From: Trypanosoma brucei
Lineage: Eukaryota
Assembly (NCBI GenBank): GCA_000002445.1
Contig: CM000207.1
Location: 928,001-992,000 of the forward strand
Length of the DNA stretch: 64,000 nt
Direction: 5' to 3'
The position numbers and the translations under genes were made by a program. Position 1 is the stretch's first letter. The number at the start of each line of letters is the position of its first letter. Under the pieces are notes generated by a model that was not told the origin of the DNA, searched no databases, and worked only from the letters and a program-made list of their open reading frames with translations. Shown piece after piece: positions 22,257 through 34,114 of the stretch.

Positions 22257-23419
22257 AAGCTGTTTGGTATAGTCAAGTAGCTTATTTGTGCCGTCTATAC
22301 TGTGATATGACCGCTCATAGGAATGTTAGTGAAGTGAAGGTTGCCCTTTTTTTCTTTTTCTTTCTTTTTTTTTTTGATTCATTATGAGTGTACGCGATTT
22401 CCGGTGACCATGTCGGCTTATGCCCTATGTGTGTGAGTGTGTGGGTTTCTTCTTCGTTGTTTTTTTTTTCGACCCAACCTCCTGATGTAAGTGGGTCAAG
22501 GGTGTTTATATGTTGGTGTGTAGGAAGGTGTTTATGTTGAACTGAACGTTTATTTGGTTTGGTTCACATTTGATGATCGTGTAGTGTGTTCCTCTTTCTT
22601 CATTTTGTTTGGTTTACCTTTTCTTCTGCCTTAGCGCAACCACCGTCCTTAACTACATTGGTGCATTCATATGTTCGTATATATTTTTATATGTATGAAA
22701 AAGTGTGTTTGCACATACGCGTGTGTGCATTTTTCTTTTGGCATGTCATGTGTTGCTGTTGCTCTATTTTTTGCAAGTGTTGCCACTACTATTACTTTGT
22801 ACGCAATGCATCTGCCTCAACTTTTAGCAGTAGTTGATCCGCGCGTTTTAGTGGGTGATTTGTTGCATTAGCTTTTTGGGGAAAGGAGAGGGAAAGGTTT
22901 TACCATTATTATCAGCATAATTATACGTTCTCACTTACTTACTATCATCATTATTAGTCATTATTTATTAATGAATTTAGTGTTAGTATTATTACCGTCC
23001 ATCTCTCGCTTTCACTTTATCTTCCTTGTGATTTATCTTACCCCTAGTGTTTTGGCGCTGTGTTGAAGGGAGGGGGAGTGCGGCATCTCAGATCTTTGTC
23101 CTTTCATGCCCTTCAACGCACTGCATTGTGTTATTTCATTTTCTACGTTTCTGACTGTCACCTTTCTGTGCCTTCTTTTTGTCCTGTCTTATTTTACTAA
23201 TTGCCGGGGACGTATATATATGTATGTATATATAATCATTCATTTATTCATTTGACATTACATGTTTGCTTCTCCGGACTTGTGCTTCTTCTGTTTTTAT
23301 TCTTGGTTATCATCTCTGAGGCGGCTGTAACTTAGGTTGCTGCGAGTCCGCCGACCTTGTAATTAAAGGGAATAGTATCGAACGCTAAAGGCGTGCTCGC
23401 ATACAGGAAGGAGGGGGAA

Positions 23420-25288
23420 ATGCTTCTAAAGTTCACGGCAACTGGAGATTTTCTCCGTCCTTTCATTAATCTACTTCAAGCCACGACAAAACAAGGGGTG
23501 GTGCTGTTTTTCCAACCACTTGATAATGTGTTGGTTCTTCGCACGGTGGGGCCAAACAGTACCTTGTATTTAGTTGCTAGTGTTGGCACGGAACATTTCC
23601 ATGAGTATCGTTATGACAAAGGGGATGCTACTGCGGACTCATTTGCGGTCGATGGTATTTTAGAGGCGGGGAAGGACTCTTCAGCAGAAGTTAACAACAT
23701 GGAACATCATGTTCCTGTTTTGAGTAGAGCGTTACTTGCCACAGTGTTGCGGCAACCGCAGGGCCTTCACTTGATTAGTGTTCAGTATAGCTCTAGAGAC
23801 GGTGATGGTATTTCTAAGGATGTGATGCAGTGGGAATGCGTTTGTGGGGATGGAATTGTAAAGGTGTTTATGTTGCCGCTAGTGCGAGAGAAACTGGAGC
23901 GGGCGTATGTTAACCCTGAAAGGTATGTTTTTGACGCGTGTGCGTCTGCGAAAACGTGGGGTCACTTCTTGCGGCACCTACCAGGATCGCAATTCATTGT
24001 TGTTCAACCACATGATACACATCTTGAGCTTCTGGTGATGAATTGTTCGGAGGCCGCCGGACACGAAGTTGACTCGAAGGTGCTAGTTCGACAGGGGGAT
24101 TTACTTTTTATGCGCCGGATACACCGAGCAACAGAAGGTAATGATGATGGATATTCGTTATTACCCGGCAAATACGCAGAACTTAAACCCCTCAAGCATA
24201 TTTGTCTCTTGGCCGATCAACTTGGTATGATGATCCGCCTGCGCTCTGCCATGGGGGGCGTTCCCCTCTTCGTGGAAACACTTACAATGCAAGAAGCTCA
24301 GTCCCTGAAGGCTGGAGGTGCTCCAACGGTCTCAATGGATACCGTGATAGATACTACGGCACCCGATTTGTATAATCGAGGCATGGCACCCATAAGCAGT
24401 TCTCTCCGAATAAGATACGCGGTGTACATTCCCGCAATCGACATTTGGCCATCATCCGCGGATAGTTTCGACGCGCCGACAGATGGTGGTCGCCGCTCGG
24501 TTGCCTCCACAGCAACAAGTCACAGAGATAGTCGCGATTTGACTAACATAGCGTCGCCGCGTGGATCTGTTGGGCTTCCTCAAGCAGATCCATGTCTCGG
24601 CTGTGCTGAAACCCCGGTAGCAAGTGCAACAACCGCAGTCAATGGGGTAACATCTGCCCCATTGCCGACGGGTTTGCATTTTGGTACAAACCAAGTGGGT
24701 ACAGGCGGTGGACTCAACCCGCAGACATTGGCTAGCCCAACACCTGCTCCACTTACTTCAGGTTATTCTGTGGGGTCCCCTGTGATTTCAGCGCAGTCAG
24801 CTCCATCGTATGACCCTCCCCCCTCGGGAGTTGTGATCGACGGTAACATGATGATGGTGAGGTCAACATTTCAGGTAGGCAACTCCGTTGGTTCGGAACA
24901 TACTAACTATAAGCGCTCTCGTGACAACGTGACGTCTGAAAGGTCTTCTGCGTTGCCCTTTTCACTCAGTGAGAGGGTACCGTGTACCGATAATTTTGGT
25001 CCCCAACCCATCGAACAGCGCGGGCACGAATCGACAACTTGGAGCACACTGACGCCGGAAAGACGCAGCTCCTTTCAACTCAATCACGATGAACAGTCGA
25101 AATTGCCTCCCATGGGAAGCAGGCAGCTTCCACTCGACGCACGGTACCCTTTGGATTTTAACGCTTATGTGCTGGAGTTGGACGAGGGCCGGTGTGAAGA
25201 TGACTTGGATGAAGATGATGAGGATCTGCAGCGCTTCCTTGATAGTTGCGCCTCAGTGCTTGTTGTCCCCCAAACACAGAGTTACTAA
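23420..25288 (+). CDS. Rad9-like checkpoint clamp (9-1-1) subunit candidate with a long Ser/Pro-rich disordered C-terminal tail
   Basis: The N-terminus (LLKFTATGDFLRPFINLLQATTKQGVVLFFQPLDNVLVLRTVGPNSTLYLVASV) follows the Rad9 N-terminal PCNA-like pattern (KCLVTG.NVKVL..A...L..IG.EL.LEP...L.LRTVN.S.SAY). The C-terminal ~330 aa are low complexity and S/T/P rich, like the Rad9 phospho-tail. The track ORF starts at GTG 23393. The first ATG is 23420. Confidence 0.4.
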   Translation: MLLKFTATGDFLRPFINLLQATTKQGVVLFFQPLDNVLVLRTVGPNSTLYLVASVGTEHFHEYRYDKGDATADSFAVDGILEAGKDSSAEVNNMEHHVPVLSRALLATVLRQPQGLHLISVQYSSRDGDGISKDVMQWECVCGDGIVKVFMLPLVREKLERAYVNPERYVFDACASAKTWGHFLRHLPGSQFIVVQPHDTHLELLVMNCSEAAGHEVDSKVLVRQGDLLFMRRIHRATEGNDDGYSLLPGKYAELKPLKHICLLADQLGMMIRLRSAMGGVPLFVETLTMQEAQSLKAGGAPTVSMDTVIDTTAPDLYNRGMAPISSSLRIRYAVYIPAIDIWPSSADSFDAPTDGGRRSVASTATSHRDSRDLTNIASPRGSVGLPQADPCLGCAETPVASATTAVNGVTSAPLPTGLHFGTNQVGTGGGLNPQTLASPTPAPLTSGYSVGSPVISAQSAPSYDPPPSGVVIDGNMMMVRSTFQVGNSVGSEHTNYKRSRDNVTSERSSALPFSLSERVPCTDNFGPQPIEQRGHESTTWSTLTPERRSSFQLNHDEQSKLPPMGSRQLPLDARYPLDFNAYVLELDEGRCEDDLDEDDEDLQRFLDSCASVLVVPQTQSY

Positions 25289-25814
25289 GATTGATAGCCT
25301 TCTCTTTATATATCTTCCCTCGAAGCGCAGTGACGAGCGACTCAATGAGAGGCGAAGGCGGTGATATTGACAGTGGTGAGAAATGTGGGAGACACGTAAA
25401 TTATGGGAGTCCCCTTGCCTCCTTTGTTGTTGCGCAGCGAATGGTATTAGTGCCCACATGCCCGTTCTAGTGGGTTGAATGCATTTAAAAATAACATTCA
25501 CTTCGTGTCACAAGCGCATAAATGTGCGAGCAGATAGAGGTATATGCACACGTGTTCACTTATGTTTGTATTGTACTCCTATGCCGTTTCAGCAGTGTCA
25601 CTGATCTGTCTTTTACACTATTCGCGTGACCGGCCCTTCACCTTCCTCCCAGCCTTTTCCTGATTGTCTAATGAACGAAAGGGAAGAGAAAAAATAAAGG
25701 GAATTAATACACTCATACATATATACATAAATATTAATACATATCATATATACGTGTCAGTAACCTCAGCGTAAAGGCAAAAAAAAAGTGAAGCAAGAAG
25801 AGGGGAGTGTCATT

Positions 25815-26978
25815 ATGAGTCAGGATAGGGGCAAGCGGCAGGTTTTGGATGCTACAGTGCGTGATGACAACCCGTATAGCCGGCTCATGGCACTTCAGCG
25901 GATGGGTGTTGTGGAGAATTACGAGGCCATCCGCCAAAAATCCGTTGCAATAATCGGCGCTGGGGGTGTTGGCAGTGTCGTAGCAGAGATGCTCACGCGT
26001 TGTGGTATTGCGAAAATCCTTTTGTTTGACTACGATAAAGTGGAGCTCGCCAATATGAACCGGCTCTTTTACAGGCCCGAGCAGCAGGGGATGTCAAAGG
26101 TGGCGGCGGCAAAACAAACACTGGAAGGAATCAACCCAGACACCGAAATTGTGCCTTTCGACTTCAGTATTACAGCAGCGGAACACTGGCAGGACTTCGC
26201 TGATGCGTTAACAAAGAACGGTGGTGTAAAGCCCAGCACTCCGGTAGATTTACTGCTGTGTTGTGTTGATAACTTCCAAGCCCGCCTAACGGTCAATTAC
26301 GCTTGTTTACTGTTCAACATTCCGTGGATGGAAAGCGGTGTTGCAGAAAATGCGGTGAGTGGTCACATCCAGCTACTCCTTCCCGGTGTGACACCCTGCT
26401 ACGAGTGCTGTCCACCCCTTGTCGTGGCGACAGGAATGCCAGAGGCCAAGCGTGAGGGCGTTTGCGCTGCGTCTCTTCCAACCACGATGGGCATCGTAGC
26501 GGGGTTTCTCGCACAGAACGCCCTAAAGTACCTGCTGAATTTTGGAACTGTTAGTGAATACATTGGATATGACGCAGTGAGAGATTATTTCCCCTCTGTT
26601 ACAATTAAAGCGAATCCCGACTGCCGCAACGCCACCTGCGTTGAGAAGCAGCGGGAGTACGCGGAACGGAAGGCGAGGTTGGGTGACGCAGCCCATCCCC
26701 TACACAACGCTGCCAAACATCGCACCGAGCGGGAGGCGAAGGAACGCGAGGCGGCAAAAGCAAGGGCAGCAGCATCAGCGAAAGAGTGGGGAATAGTAGT
26801 TGAAGAACACGGGAAAGATGATCTTTCCGTAAACACAAAGGGAGACACAGGTGGTGTGGAATACGCGTATGGCGCCGGCGGTAAAGCGGAGGGGAATGCC
26901 CCAAGGGAAGACGAGTTTGTTGCCGCGGATAGCGGGGAGTCGCTGGAGGCACTTATGGCCAAAATGAGAGCCATGTAG
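25815..26978 (+). CDS. UBA5: UBA5-like E1 activating enzyme for UFM1 (ThiF/MoeB fold)
   Basis: Near-colinear similarity to UBA5: [15 protein letters not shown], nucleotide-binding [34 protein letters not shown], catalytic region [28 protein letters not shown] and [32 protein letters not shown]. The track ORF starts at GTG 25788. The first ATG is 25815. Confidence 0.8.
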   Translation: MSQDRGKRQVLDATVRDDNPYSRLMALQRMGVVENYEAIRQKSVAIIGAGGVGSVVAEMLTRCGIAKILLFDYDKVELANMNRLFYRPEQQGMSKVAAAKQTLEGINPDTEIVPFDFSITAAEHWQDFADALTKNGGVKPSTPVDLLLCCVDNFQARLTVNYACLLFNIPWMESGVAENAVSGHIQLLLPGVTPCYECCPPLVVATGMPEAKREGVCAASLPTTMGIVAGFLAQNALKYLLNFGTVSEYIGYDAVRDYFPSVTIKANPDCRNATCVEKQREYAERKARLGDAAHPLHNAAKHRTEREAKEREAAKARAAASAKEWGIVVEEHGKDDLSVNTKGDTGGVEYAYGAGGKAEGNAPREDEFVAADSGESLEALMAKMRAM

Positions 26979-27623
26979 TAGTGATAATCTCTTGACGTGA
27001 GCAAGCGCTACGTCAGGTCACATATTTTATTCGTTTTACTCTTTCGCTGTTTTGCTCTCCTCTTGGACGTCGGTGTGGGCGTGTGTGTGTGGCGAGGGGT
27101 GGCAAGGGAAGTGGAGGAGGGAGGAAAATGGGGTCGGATTCAAGCTGTTTCGGTGGAGTTGGCAAGTGTGAACTTTTGTTGCGTTGAAATTTGTGAGTGT
27201 GTACCGACATCTTCCACCAAAGAAGATTGGCGGAACAGCTGCGGCTTCTCCTCTCCTTTTTGTGTCGTCAGAGTAAAGAAGTATCCCATTGCAAATCGGA
27301 AGAAAGGGAAGTTGGGATCAGTGTTTTTCTGCCTGCCGCCACAGTGTCTAACGGCCACCGGTAACCCTTCCACCTGTGCTTTTCTGGAACTTTCCATCTC
27401 TTCCTTAATCGATTCTATCAACCGCACGGTATTTGTCCGTGACCCGCAAATACCTGTTGTTCCTGTTGCAATAGATACTTTCCCCCCCCCCCCCCATAAA
27501 TAAAAAAATATATATATCTTTGAATTTAGTTTACTGAAATCTGCTGAAACGAAAAAGGACAAGAGGGAGGGAAAACAAACAACGAGAAAAGATACTTTAT
27601 CGTAGGAACTTTCCTGACTCAAC

Positions 27624-28445
27624 ATGTCGAAACAGGAGCCGTTGCAGAAGATTCCCGGTGAGTGTCCGACGCCCCGAGAACTGGGTAAGGCAGGCTGGAT
27701 TATACTCCACAGTGCTGCCGCTGTGTTTCCGTACAACCCTACACCCACACAACAGGAGGCATTCCGCAACTTTTTACACGGCTGGTCCCACGCGTATGCT
27801 TGCAGCCATTGTGCATACCACATGCGACGTTACTTTCACCAGAATCCACCCGTCGTCACGGATAAGTTGGCACTCAACCGATATCTCTGTGAATTTCACA
27901 ACGCTGTAAATGAGAGAGTTGGAAACAAGATATATGATTGTGACCCCATGAATGTTCTCCGCCGGTGGCACCCAACGTTTCCAGATATGGAGGATCAACC
28001 TACAATCGAGGAACAGGTGAAGTCACTCGAATTAAAGGAAAAGAATGAGACACCGCAAGGCGTTAGTGATCGATGGCGACAGCAGAACTCTTCCGCGTCA
28101 CCAGATGGTAACGTTGGTCGATGGTCAGTGGGGGACGCGCGGTGGACCGATACAACTAGCGAGTCGCGTAGGACTAATGTCGGTGAGATCTCAGCGGGAT
28201 GGGGAACCGCTGGTGAGAAGATGAAACAAAGAAATAGTGCGGGGGACGGAGTCAGTGATGCGGGTGCGAGCGAAAAGAAGTGGTGGCGATGGGGAAACTC
28301 CACTTCGAGTTCCACTACCGCAACCATCGCAACACCTTCTGCAGCTGAACCTGCCGAGGATGTTGAGGCTAGCGTTACCTCTATATTGAGTAAACTAAGG
28401 GCTTGCATGGTTTACTGCCCTGATGATAAGAAATCATCAGCGTGA
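27624..28445 (+). CDS. ERV1: Erv1/ALR-family FAD-linked sulfhydryl oxidase (mitochondrial IMS) with a long C-terminal extension
   Basis: Erv/ALR core (GWIILHSAAAVFPYNPT...W.HAYACSHCAYH...FHNAVNERVGNK). The active-site CxxC is C-S-H-C. The ~150-aa low-complexity C-terminal extension ends in a C-M-V-Y-C cysteine pair. Confidence 0.75.
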   Translation: MSKQEPLQKIPGECPTPRELGKAGWIILHSAAAVFPYNPTPTQQEAFRNFLHGWSHAYACSHCAYHMRRYFHQNPPVVTDKLALNRYLCEFHNAVNERVGNKIYDCDPMNVLRRWHPTFPDMEDQPTIEEQVKSLELKEKNETPQGVSDRWRQQNSSASPDGNVGRWSVGDARWTDTTSESRRTNVGEISAGWGTAGEKMKQRNSAGDGVSDAGASEKKWWRWGNSTSSSTTATIATPSAAEPAEDVEASVTSILSKLRACMVYCPDDKKSSA

Positions 28446-29412
28446 TGTCGAATTGATGATGCCCTTCACTATTTAATATTGGTGCGCATTCGTTGTTTGG
28501 GGTTCGGACTAGGTCGGCGCAGTGCAGTGCACTGTGAGTAACTGTGCGGTTATTGGGAAAACTGTGGTTGACATATTTGTTTTGCGGCGGCGAGGTAAGT
28601 GGATGTAACCGCATCCACCAATGGTGGTACGTGATGGAAGTGCTGAATGCCCGAGGTTGGGTTCAGATGTGCCAAACCATTAATGACACATCGATGCCTG
28701 TTAACAGGGGGAAATTAGCGCACTGGACGCCAATTTTATTTTTATTTTTGAGGGGGATGAATTCAGCATGACGTTTCTTTAAAAGAAAAATAAGGTGGAA
28801 GGGAGAGGGTGAAATGCCAATAACTCACTCTCCTAATTACAGGTATTATTCATTTTTACCTTCAGTTTTCGCATATCAGGCGGCGACGTCACAGAAGACG
28901 GGCCGCATACCACGATCGGCATTTTTTTTTTTTTGCGAACGGCTGCATTTATGTATATGCATGTTTTTTAGATTCAATTAAACGTTCATATGAGAAGAGC
29001 AAAGTATGCCCTATGGAGGTTCCTTAACAAGTCATCTCTTACTACCGCATTCACGTGCCGAATTAGGAGCAGTAAACACTGGGCCCCTTCGTTTTATCTT
29101 TAACTTTTACTGTACGTGTTTTAGAACACGAACTGGAACTCAAAAAGGTACAGACGCAAGGTGCATGGGTGGCATAAATATTTGCGAGTTGGGAGGTAAG
29201 GAGAGGGGAAGGAGCCTTCAAAAAGTCGGCGTGTACCAGAGACGGTGTGGCCTCGTATGTTTTTATTTTCGTACACCACTTCTGTACTCACACTCTTTTA
29301 CTTCCCAATTGCGCGTGTGTGCGAATACCCCTACAACTACTCATTGCACCCTCCTATTTGTTTACGCTCATACACCCAATGCGAAGAAACAGGTAGGCAT
29401 ACTACAATAAAA

Positions 29413-30057
29413 ATGGGTCCGCTCTCTAAGAAGCGCATGATGGTGCGCGATGGTGTCTTCTACGCCGAGCTCTTCGAGTTCTTAAAGCGCGAGTTGGCTG
29501 ACGACGGTTTCGCTGGCGTTGAACATCGTGTTACTCCCACTCGCACGGAGATTGTCATCCGCTCCACAAAGACCCGCGAAGTCCTCGGTGAGAAGGGCCG
29601 CCGCATCCGTGAGCTAACGGCTTGCCTTCAGCAGCGGTTTAACTACAAGGAAGGCAAACTGCAGCTGTTCGCCGAGCGCGTGGAGGTGCGTGGACTGTCC
29701 GCAATGGCGCAGGCCGAATCCCTGCGTTTCAAGCTTCTCAGCAACCTTCAAGTGCGCCGTGCGGCCATGGGCATCATCCGTTACGTGATGGAATCCGGCG
29801 CAAAGGGCTGTGAGGTGACAATTGGCGGAAAGATCAAGGGCCAGCGCGCGAAGAGTATGACATTCCGTGACGGCTACATGATTAAGTCGGGTACTGCTCA
29901 CAAACACTTCGTTGACACGGCCACCCGTCATTGCCACTTGCGTGCAGGCACCATTGGCGTAAATGTTAAAATCATGCGCCCACAGAGTATGATAGAGGAA
30001 GATGAGGTGCTACCCGACGTCATTACAGTGATTGAGCCGAAGACAATCGAGGCTTGA
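29413..30057 (+). CDS. RPS3: 40S ribosomal protein S3
   Basis: KH-domain S3 signature across the whole length ([19 protein letters not shown]...[23 protein letters not shown]...[29 protein letters not shown]). The track ORF begins 56 codons upstream in UTR-like sequence. I used the first conserved Met, at 29413. Confidence 0.85.
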   Translation: MGPLSKKRMMVRDGVFYAELFEFLKRELADDGFAGVEHRVTPTRTEIVIRSTKTREVLGEKGRRIRELTACLQQRFNYKEGKLQLFAERVEVRGLSAMAQAESLRFKLLSNLQVRRAAMGIIRYVMESGAKGCEVTIGGKIKGQRAKSMTFRDGYMIKSGTAHKHFVDTATRHCHLRAGTIGVNVKIMRPQSMIEEDEVLPDVITVIEPKTIEA

Positions 30058-30794
30058 TTAAGTAACACCGAACACACAGCACAACGATACATTAACTCTA
30101 CCTCCAAGCAAAGAAAAAGTAATGCTCTTGTTGTTTTTTTTGTGTGTGTGAACTAGCGGGTAGTTTGCCTTTATTTTGCCTATTGTTGTTTCCCATTACA
30201 CTCTTGTTTCGAATAGTTTACTTTTCTTTTTCTTTTTAATAATTTTCTTTTATATTTTTCCCTTTCTGCCTGAAGAAGGTAGAGGAGGATGGAGCACGTT
30301 ACACAATAACAAACAGAGAAGCACATATATTTGTATGTGCTTTTCATTAATCCCTTTGTCAATGTTACCTCCACTTTAACCGGAGTGAAGATTTAACATG
30401 ATGCATATAAATGTTTATCAATACATGTGCTTCTCTCCTTGTTTTCTTTTTTTCATAGTTTCGCTACTAGCATTTGATATCATAGCATGTTATTACACTC
30501 CGTTATGTCTTTCTAACAACAGGAGTACAGCGACGGTTTAGTGCTTCGTTTATCTCCATCCTGTTCTCAGCAACATTTCAATGTGATATGTATCGTTATT
30601 CAACAGGTGGCTGATGTAAGTGCTTATATATATACATATATATGTGTATGTATATTTGTACATATATATTCTCCGTAACCTGTCCCCTAGTTTTTCTATC
30701 GCTAATGCCATTAACCTCTCGCATGAGTGGTGGTGCTGATATTGATGATGACAAGGGAATGTCAGGAAAGAGAAAAGGAGGAAGTGGAGGAGGG

Positions 30795-30798
<4 letters not shown>

Positions 30799-30825
<27 letters not shown>

Positions 30826-30827
30826 TG
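30799..30827. repeat. (AAT)n trinucleotide microsatellite (about 9 units). The paralogous copy in repeat unit 2 (about 33537-33572) has about 11 units.
   Basis: Direct reading. Length polymorphism between the two tandem units. Confidence 0.85.
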
Positions 30828-31373
30828 GATGATGCGACTCTTGGTCTCACCACTTTATGTTGAGTCCTAGGAACTGCTGTTGGTTTGTCACTATAATGGG
30901 AAGGTGTGTCTAGTGTGTGAGGATATGCTTGACTGTTTAATTATGCAACAACGCTTAAATTCATTCAAGTCGCATCGTTTCTTTACCACATCTAACAATT
31001 ATGAGTGTTTTTACTCTCTGTATGTTTGTTGCGTGATATGTGTGTGCTCATTATAGAAAGTGCTGCACTTGCGCTCCCATTTCAATCGTAATCCATTTCA
31101 CTCTTTTTCTTTTAATTCTTTCTTACCATTTCTCATTTTGAAACAAACAAAAGGAAGGAAAGCTTTTGTGTTTGACGAGTAATTCCCAACAGTAACAAGA
31201 CAAAATTTGGTTGATTAGGTTTCCAACGTCATAATATACGGCTGAACTTGTCGAAGGTTATATTCCTCAGGAAAAAATTATTGAAAGGATCCCAAACAAT
31301 TTAATAAAAGGATAAACCCACAGAGAAGTTGTTATTACTTTTACACGTATACCCAACTGGAACTCATTGAAAT

Positions 31374-32405
31374 ATGGTGAGGACGACACGCTTTTCACGC
31401 AACAGTTCCAAACCACTGTTTCAGCAATTACAGCTTATTACATCGTATGGACTCTTTCAGGAGTATCCACCCATTTGGTCACTTCCCCTTCCACCTCAAC
31501 AACCTCGTGATACGGGAAAACCCACACTGGTGCTTGATATTGATGAAACACTGATTCATACTGTGGGGATGCGGAATGAGGGGTCGGATTCTGTCTCCTT
31601 CAGTTTCTTCCTGCGTCCACATGCGAAGGAATTTCTCGCGGAGGTACGTGAACTGTACGAAGTTGTGTTCTGGACGGCTGGTACCGCATCCTACTGCTCA
31701 GCTGTTATGGATGCACTGGAGGTGCAGGTGTTACAACTCCCACGATCATTTTACAATATTGATGAACTCCGCGTAGAGGCACGTGGTGGAATCTCCACCA
31801 AGAATGTTAACTTCTATGCCCTTTCCCGAACTCAAACGTTACAAGGGCATAATTACATGAAATACCTTCCAATGCTTGGCAGACCATTGAATCGTGTCAT
31901 AGTGATCGACAGTGATGTACGCAGCTTTCCTCTTCATCCACGTAACGGTGTTAAGATCGAACCCTTCCTACCGAATGAACGTGTTTTATCCGAATATGCC
32001 CGCGTAGTAACCGATGAGGTGAAATATGGTCAAGTTGGTCAGCGGCAGTATGAAGGCGAAATGGCAAAAGTCATTGAGCGTGGTGAGGAGGAGGTAGCGC
32101 GATTGCAAGCGGATCATGCCCTTATGGATCTGATTCCAATGCTACGCTCTGCGGCTTCTTCAACTGATTTGACTCACGAATTAGACCATTGGCGTACGGA
32201 TGAGTACACAAAGTGTGACGACTTTCGTGAAACGATGAACTCTCTCTCAGTGACAAGGCAGAAGATTCTTGGTAATGTTCTTAAGGAGCGACGCAACGTA
32301 CCGATTCCGCCTCTCAAGCAGCACGTGATGAATCATGGATTTATGGAGGAGGCAAATGCCGCTATGAAGTTGGAGCAGATGCGACACACTCCTTCAAGAC
32401 TTTAG
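31374..32405 (+). CDS. NIF/FCP1-like (CTD small phosphatase-like, HAD family) protein phosphatase, copy 1
   Basis: DxDxT catalytic motif LVLDIDETLIHT. FCP/SCP-type core (FFLRPHAKEFLAEVRELYEVVFWTAG). 343 aa. Confidence 0.75.
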   Translation: MVRTTRFSRNSSKPLFQQLQLITSYGLFQEYPPIWSLPLPPQQPRDTGKPTLVLDIDETLIHTVGMRNEGSDSVSFSFFLRPHAKEFLAEVRELYEVVFWTAGTASYCSAVMDALEVQVLQLPRSFYNIDELRVEARGGISTKNVNFYALSRTQTLQGHNYMKYLPMLGRPLNRVIVIDSDVRSFPLHPRNGVKIEPFLPNERVLSEYARVVTDEVKYGQVGQRQYEGEMAKVIERGEEEVARLQADHALMDLIPMLRSAASSTDLTHELDHWRTDEYTKCDDFRETMNSLSVTRQKILGNVLKERRNVPIPPLKQHVMNHGFMEEANAAMKLEQMRHTPSRL

Positions 32406-34114
32406 GAGTATACATCTTAACGGTTAATATACATCTACCGTTGAACTGATGACGGAGCGTATTCGTTTATTAATTAATTAATTTATGAGTCACATATTTG
32501 AGCGATGGCTATTGATCGTGTACGTTACGATACTCTTTCTCCTTTTATTGTTAAAAGTTGTGTGTTTAATACCAATTTTGAGGAGCATCACATGTTATTG
32601 TTTTTTTTTATTTCATTATTTAGTACATTATTTATTATTGTTTTCTCTTCGTATCGTTTTGAGGTCTCTTCCTTTTTTTTTCTTATACTGAATGAAACCG
32701 CTTGTTTCAAAAAAATATTTGTTATACCCTTCTTCTACCTTCATTATCCATACACTCATATATATATATATATACATGCATACATATTTTAATAAGTGTT
32801 GATTTCTGTACGCACTGGGTGAAGCAAGTACAGTGCGTGAAGGCAAAGCAAAGGAAAGGTAATGCTCTTGTTGTTTTTTTTGTGTGTGTGAACTAGCGGG
32901 TAGTTTGCCTTTATTTTGCCTATTGTTGTTTCCCATTACACTCTTGTTTCGAATAGTTTACTTTTCTTTTTCTTTTTAATAATTTTCTTTTATATTTTTC
33001 CCTTTCTGCCTGAAGAAGGTAGAGGAGGATGGAGCACGTTACACAATAACAAACAGAGAAGCACATATATTTGTATGTGCTTTTCATTAATCCCTTTGTC
33101 AATGTTACCTCCACTTTAACCGGAGTGAAGATTTAACATGATGCATATAAATGTTTATCAATACATGTGCTTCTCTCCTTGTTTTCTTTTTTTCATAGTT
33201 TCGCTACTAGCATTTGATATCATAGCATGTTATTACACTCCGTTATGTCTTTCTAACAACAGGAGTACAGCGACGGTTTAGTGCTTCGTTTATCTCCATC
33301 CTGTTCTCAGCAACATTTCAATGTGATATGTATCGTTATTCAACAGGTGGCTGATGTAAGTGCTTATATATATACATATATATGTGTATGTATATTTGCT
33401 GTGTGCAATATACTCCGTAACCTGTCCCCTAGTTTTTCTATCGCTAATGCCATTAACCTCTCGCATGAGTGGTGGTGCTGATATTGATGATGACAAGGGA
33501 ATGTCAGGAAAGAGAAAAGGAGGAAGTGGAGGAGGGATAATAATAATAATAATAATAATAATAATATGGATGATGCGACTCTTGGTCTCACCACTTTATG
33601 TTGAGTCCTAGGAACTGCTGTTGGTTTGTCACTATAATGGGAAGGTGTGTCTAGTGTGTGAGGATATGCTTGACTGTTTAATTATGCAACAACGCTTAAA
33701 TTCATTCAAGTCGCATCGTTTCTTTACCACATCTAACAATTATGAGTGTTTTTACTCTCTGTATGTTTGTTGCGTGATATGTGTGTGCTCATTATAGAAA
33801 GTGCTGCACTTGCGCTCCCATTTCAATCGTAATCCATTTCACTCTTTTTCTTTTAATTCTTTCTTACCATTTCTCATTTTGAAACAAACAAAAGGAAGGA
33901 AAGCTTTTGTGTTTGACGAGTAATTCCCAACAGTAACAAGACAAAATTTGGTTGATTAGGTTTCCAACGTCATAATATACGGCTGAACTTGTCGAAGGTT
34001 ATATTCCTCAGGAAAAAATTATTGAAAGGATCCCAAACAATTTAATAAAAGGATAAACCCACAGAGAAGTTGTTATTACTTTTACACGTATACCCAACTG
34101 GAACTCATTGAAAT

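Larger units (their letters stand above)
30115..32854 (+). repeat. Tandem repeat unit 1 (~2.74 kb). It contains an (AAT)n microsatellite and the NIF/FCP-like phosphatase gene. Unit 2 is 32855-35575.
   Basis: Near-identical DNA between the units, including intergenic sequence. The exceptions are microsatellite length, a short indel near 30660/33400, and a cluster of substitutions at 31896-31920 vs 34637-34661. Confidence 0.85.

Noticed and set aside
29245-29412. Upstream 56-codon extension of the RPS3 ORF, and similar extensions for the IMPase (61784), SAP18-like (60323) and EF-hand (39105) ORFs
   Set aside because: The extensions start at non-ATG codons or translate T-rich UTR sequence. Conserved protein similarity begins at the internal Met.
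30642-30863. Small ORFs with poly-Asn or poly-Ile (30642-30863, 33360-33611) and the 67-aa ORF pair 30176-30379 / 32916-33119
   Set aside because: They are translations of the (AAT)n microsatellite and T-rich spacer inside the repeat unit. They are duplicated only because the whole unit is duplicated.
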